This document shows, one piece after another, positions 63,940 to 64,000 of a stretch of DNA of 64,000 nucleotides (positions are counted from its first letter, which is position 1; each line of letters starts with the position of its first letter). Source of the stretch: Nostoc sp. (GTDB taxonomy: Bacteria; Cyanobacteriota; Cyanobacteriia; Cyanobacteriales; Nostocaceae); NCBI GenBank assembly GCA_036918135.1, contig JBALDB010000005.1, positions 32,001 through 96,000 of the forward strand. Reading direction: 5' to 3'. The notes under the pieces were generated by a model that did not search any database, had not been told where the DNA came from, and saw only the letters and a program-made list of their open reading frames with translations. A program made the translations under genes and the position numbers.

Positions 63940-64000
63940 CTATCTATATTAGCTATTTTGTGAAATGGTATTAAAGGCAGAGTAAATTCATACTTAATTT

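Overview
A 64-kb chromosomal window from a heterocyst-forming cyanobacterium (Nostocales; inferred from dense HIP1 GCGATCGC octamers, short tandem heptamer repeats, SLH/Uma2/DUF928 genes and an unannotated patS ORF ending in ERGSGR). The backbone is mostly conserved: ycf45-like ATPase, ldpA, a three-gene two-component/c-di-GMP cluster, tandem lepB, pyrC, patatin, patS, tsaE(hetY), yvcK, ruvC, cax, a GH57/DUF3536 enzyme, usp, pgk, two Ser/Thr kinases, frmA, avtA, rimM and phosphoketolase. Accessory patches include an orphan homocitrate/isopropylmalate-synthase-like gene, a TPR-CHAT protease cassette with tightly coupled unknown genes, a NACHT NTPase, several decayed toxin-antitoxin modules, a 21-bp tandem array divergent from a conserved unknown gene, a HIP1-punctuated 33-bp array and many MITE/SDR/REP-like elements, some inserted in frame in proteins. 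The best candidates for something new are the TPR-CHAT + small protein + membrane-protein cassette (31.3-37.0 kb), a duplicated signal peptidase with its catalytic Ser replaced by Ala, and the 21-bp array/unknown gene unit. No rRNA, tRNA or CRISPR array was recognised. All calls come from reading motifs by eye; no searches were run.
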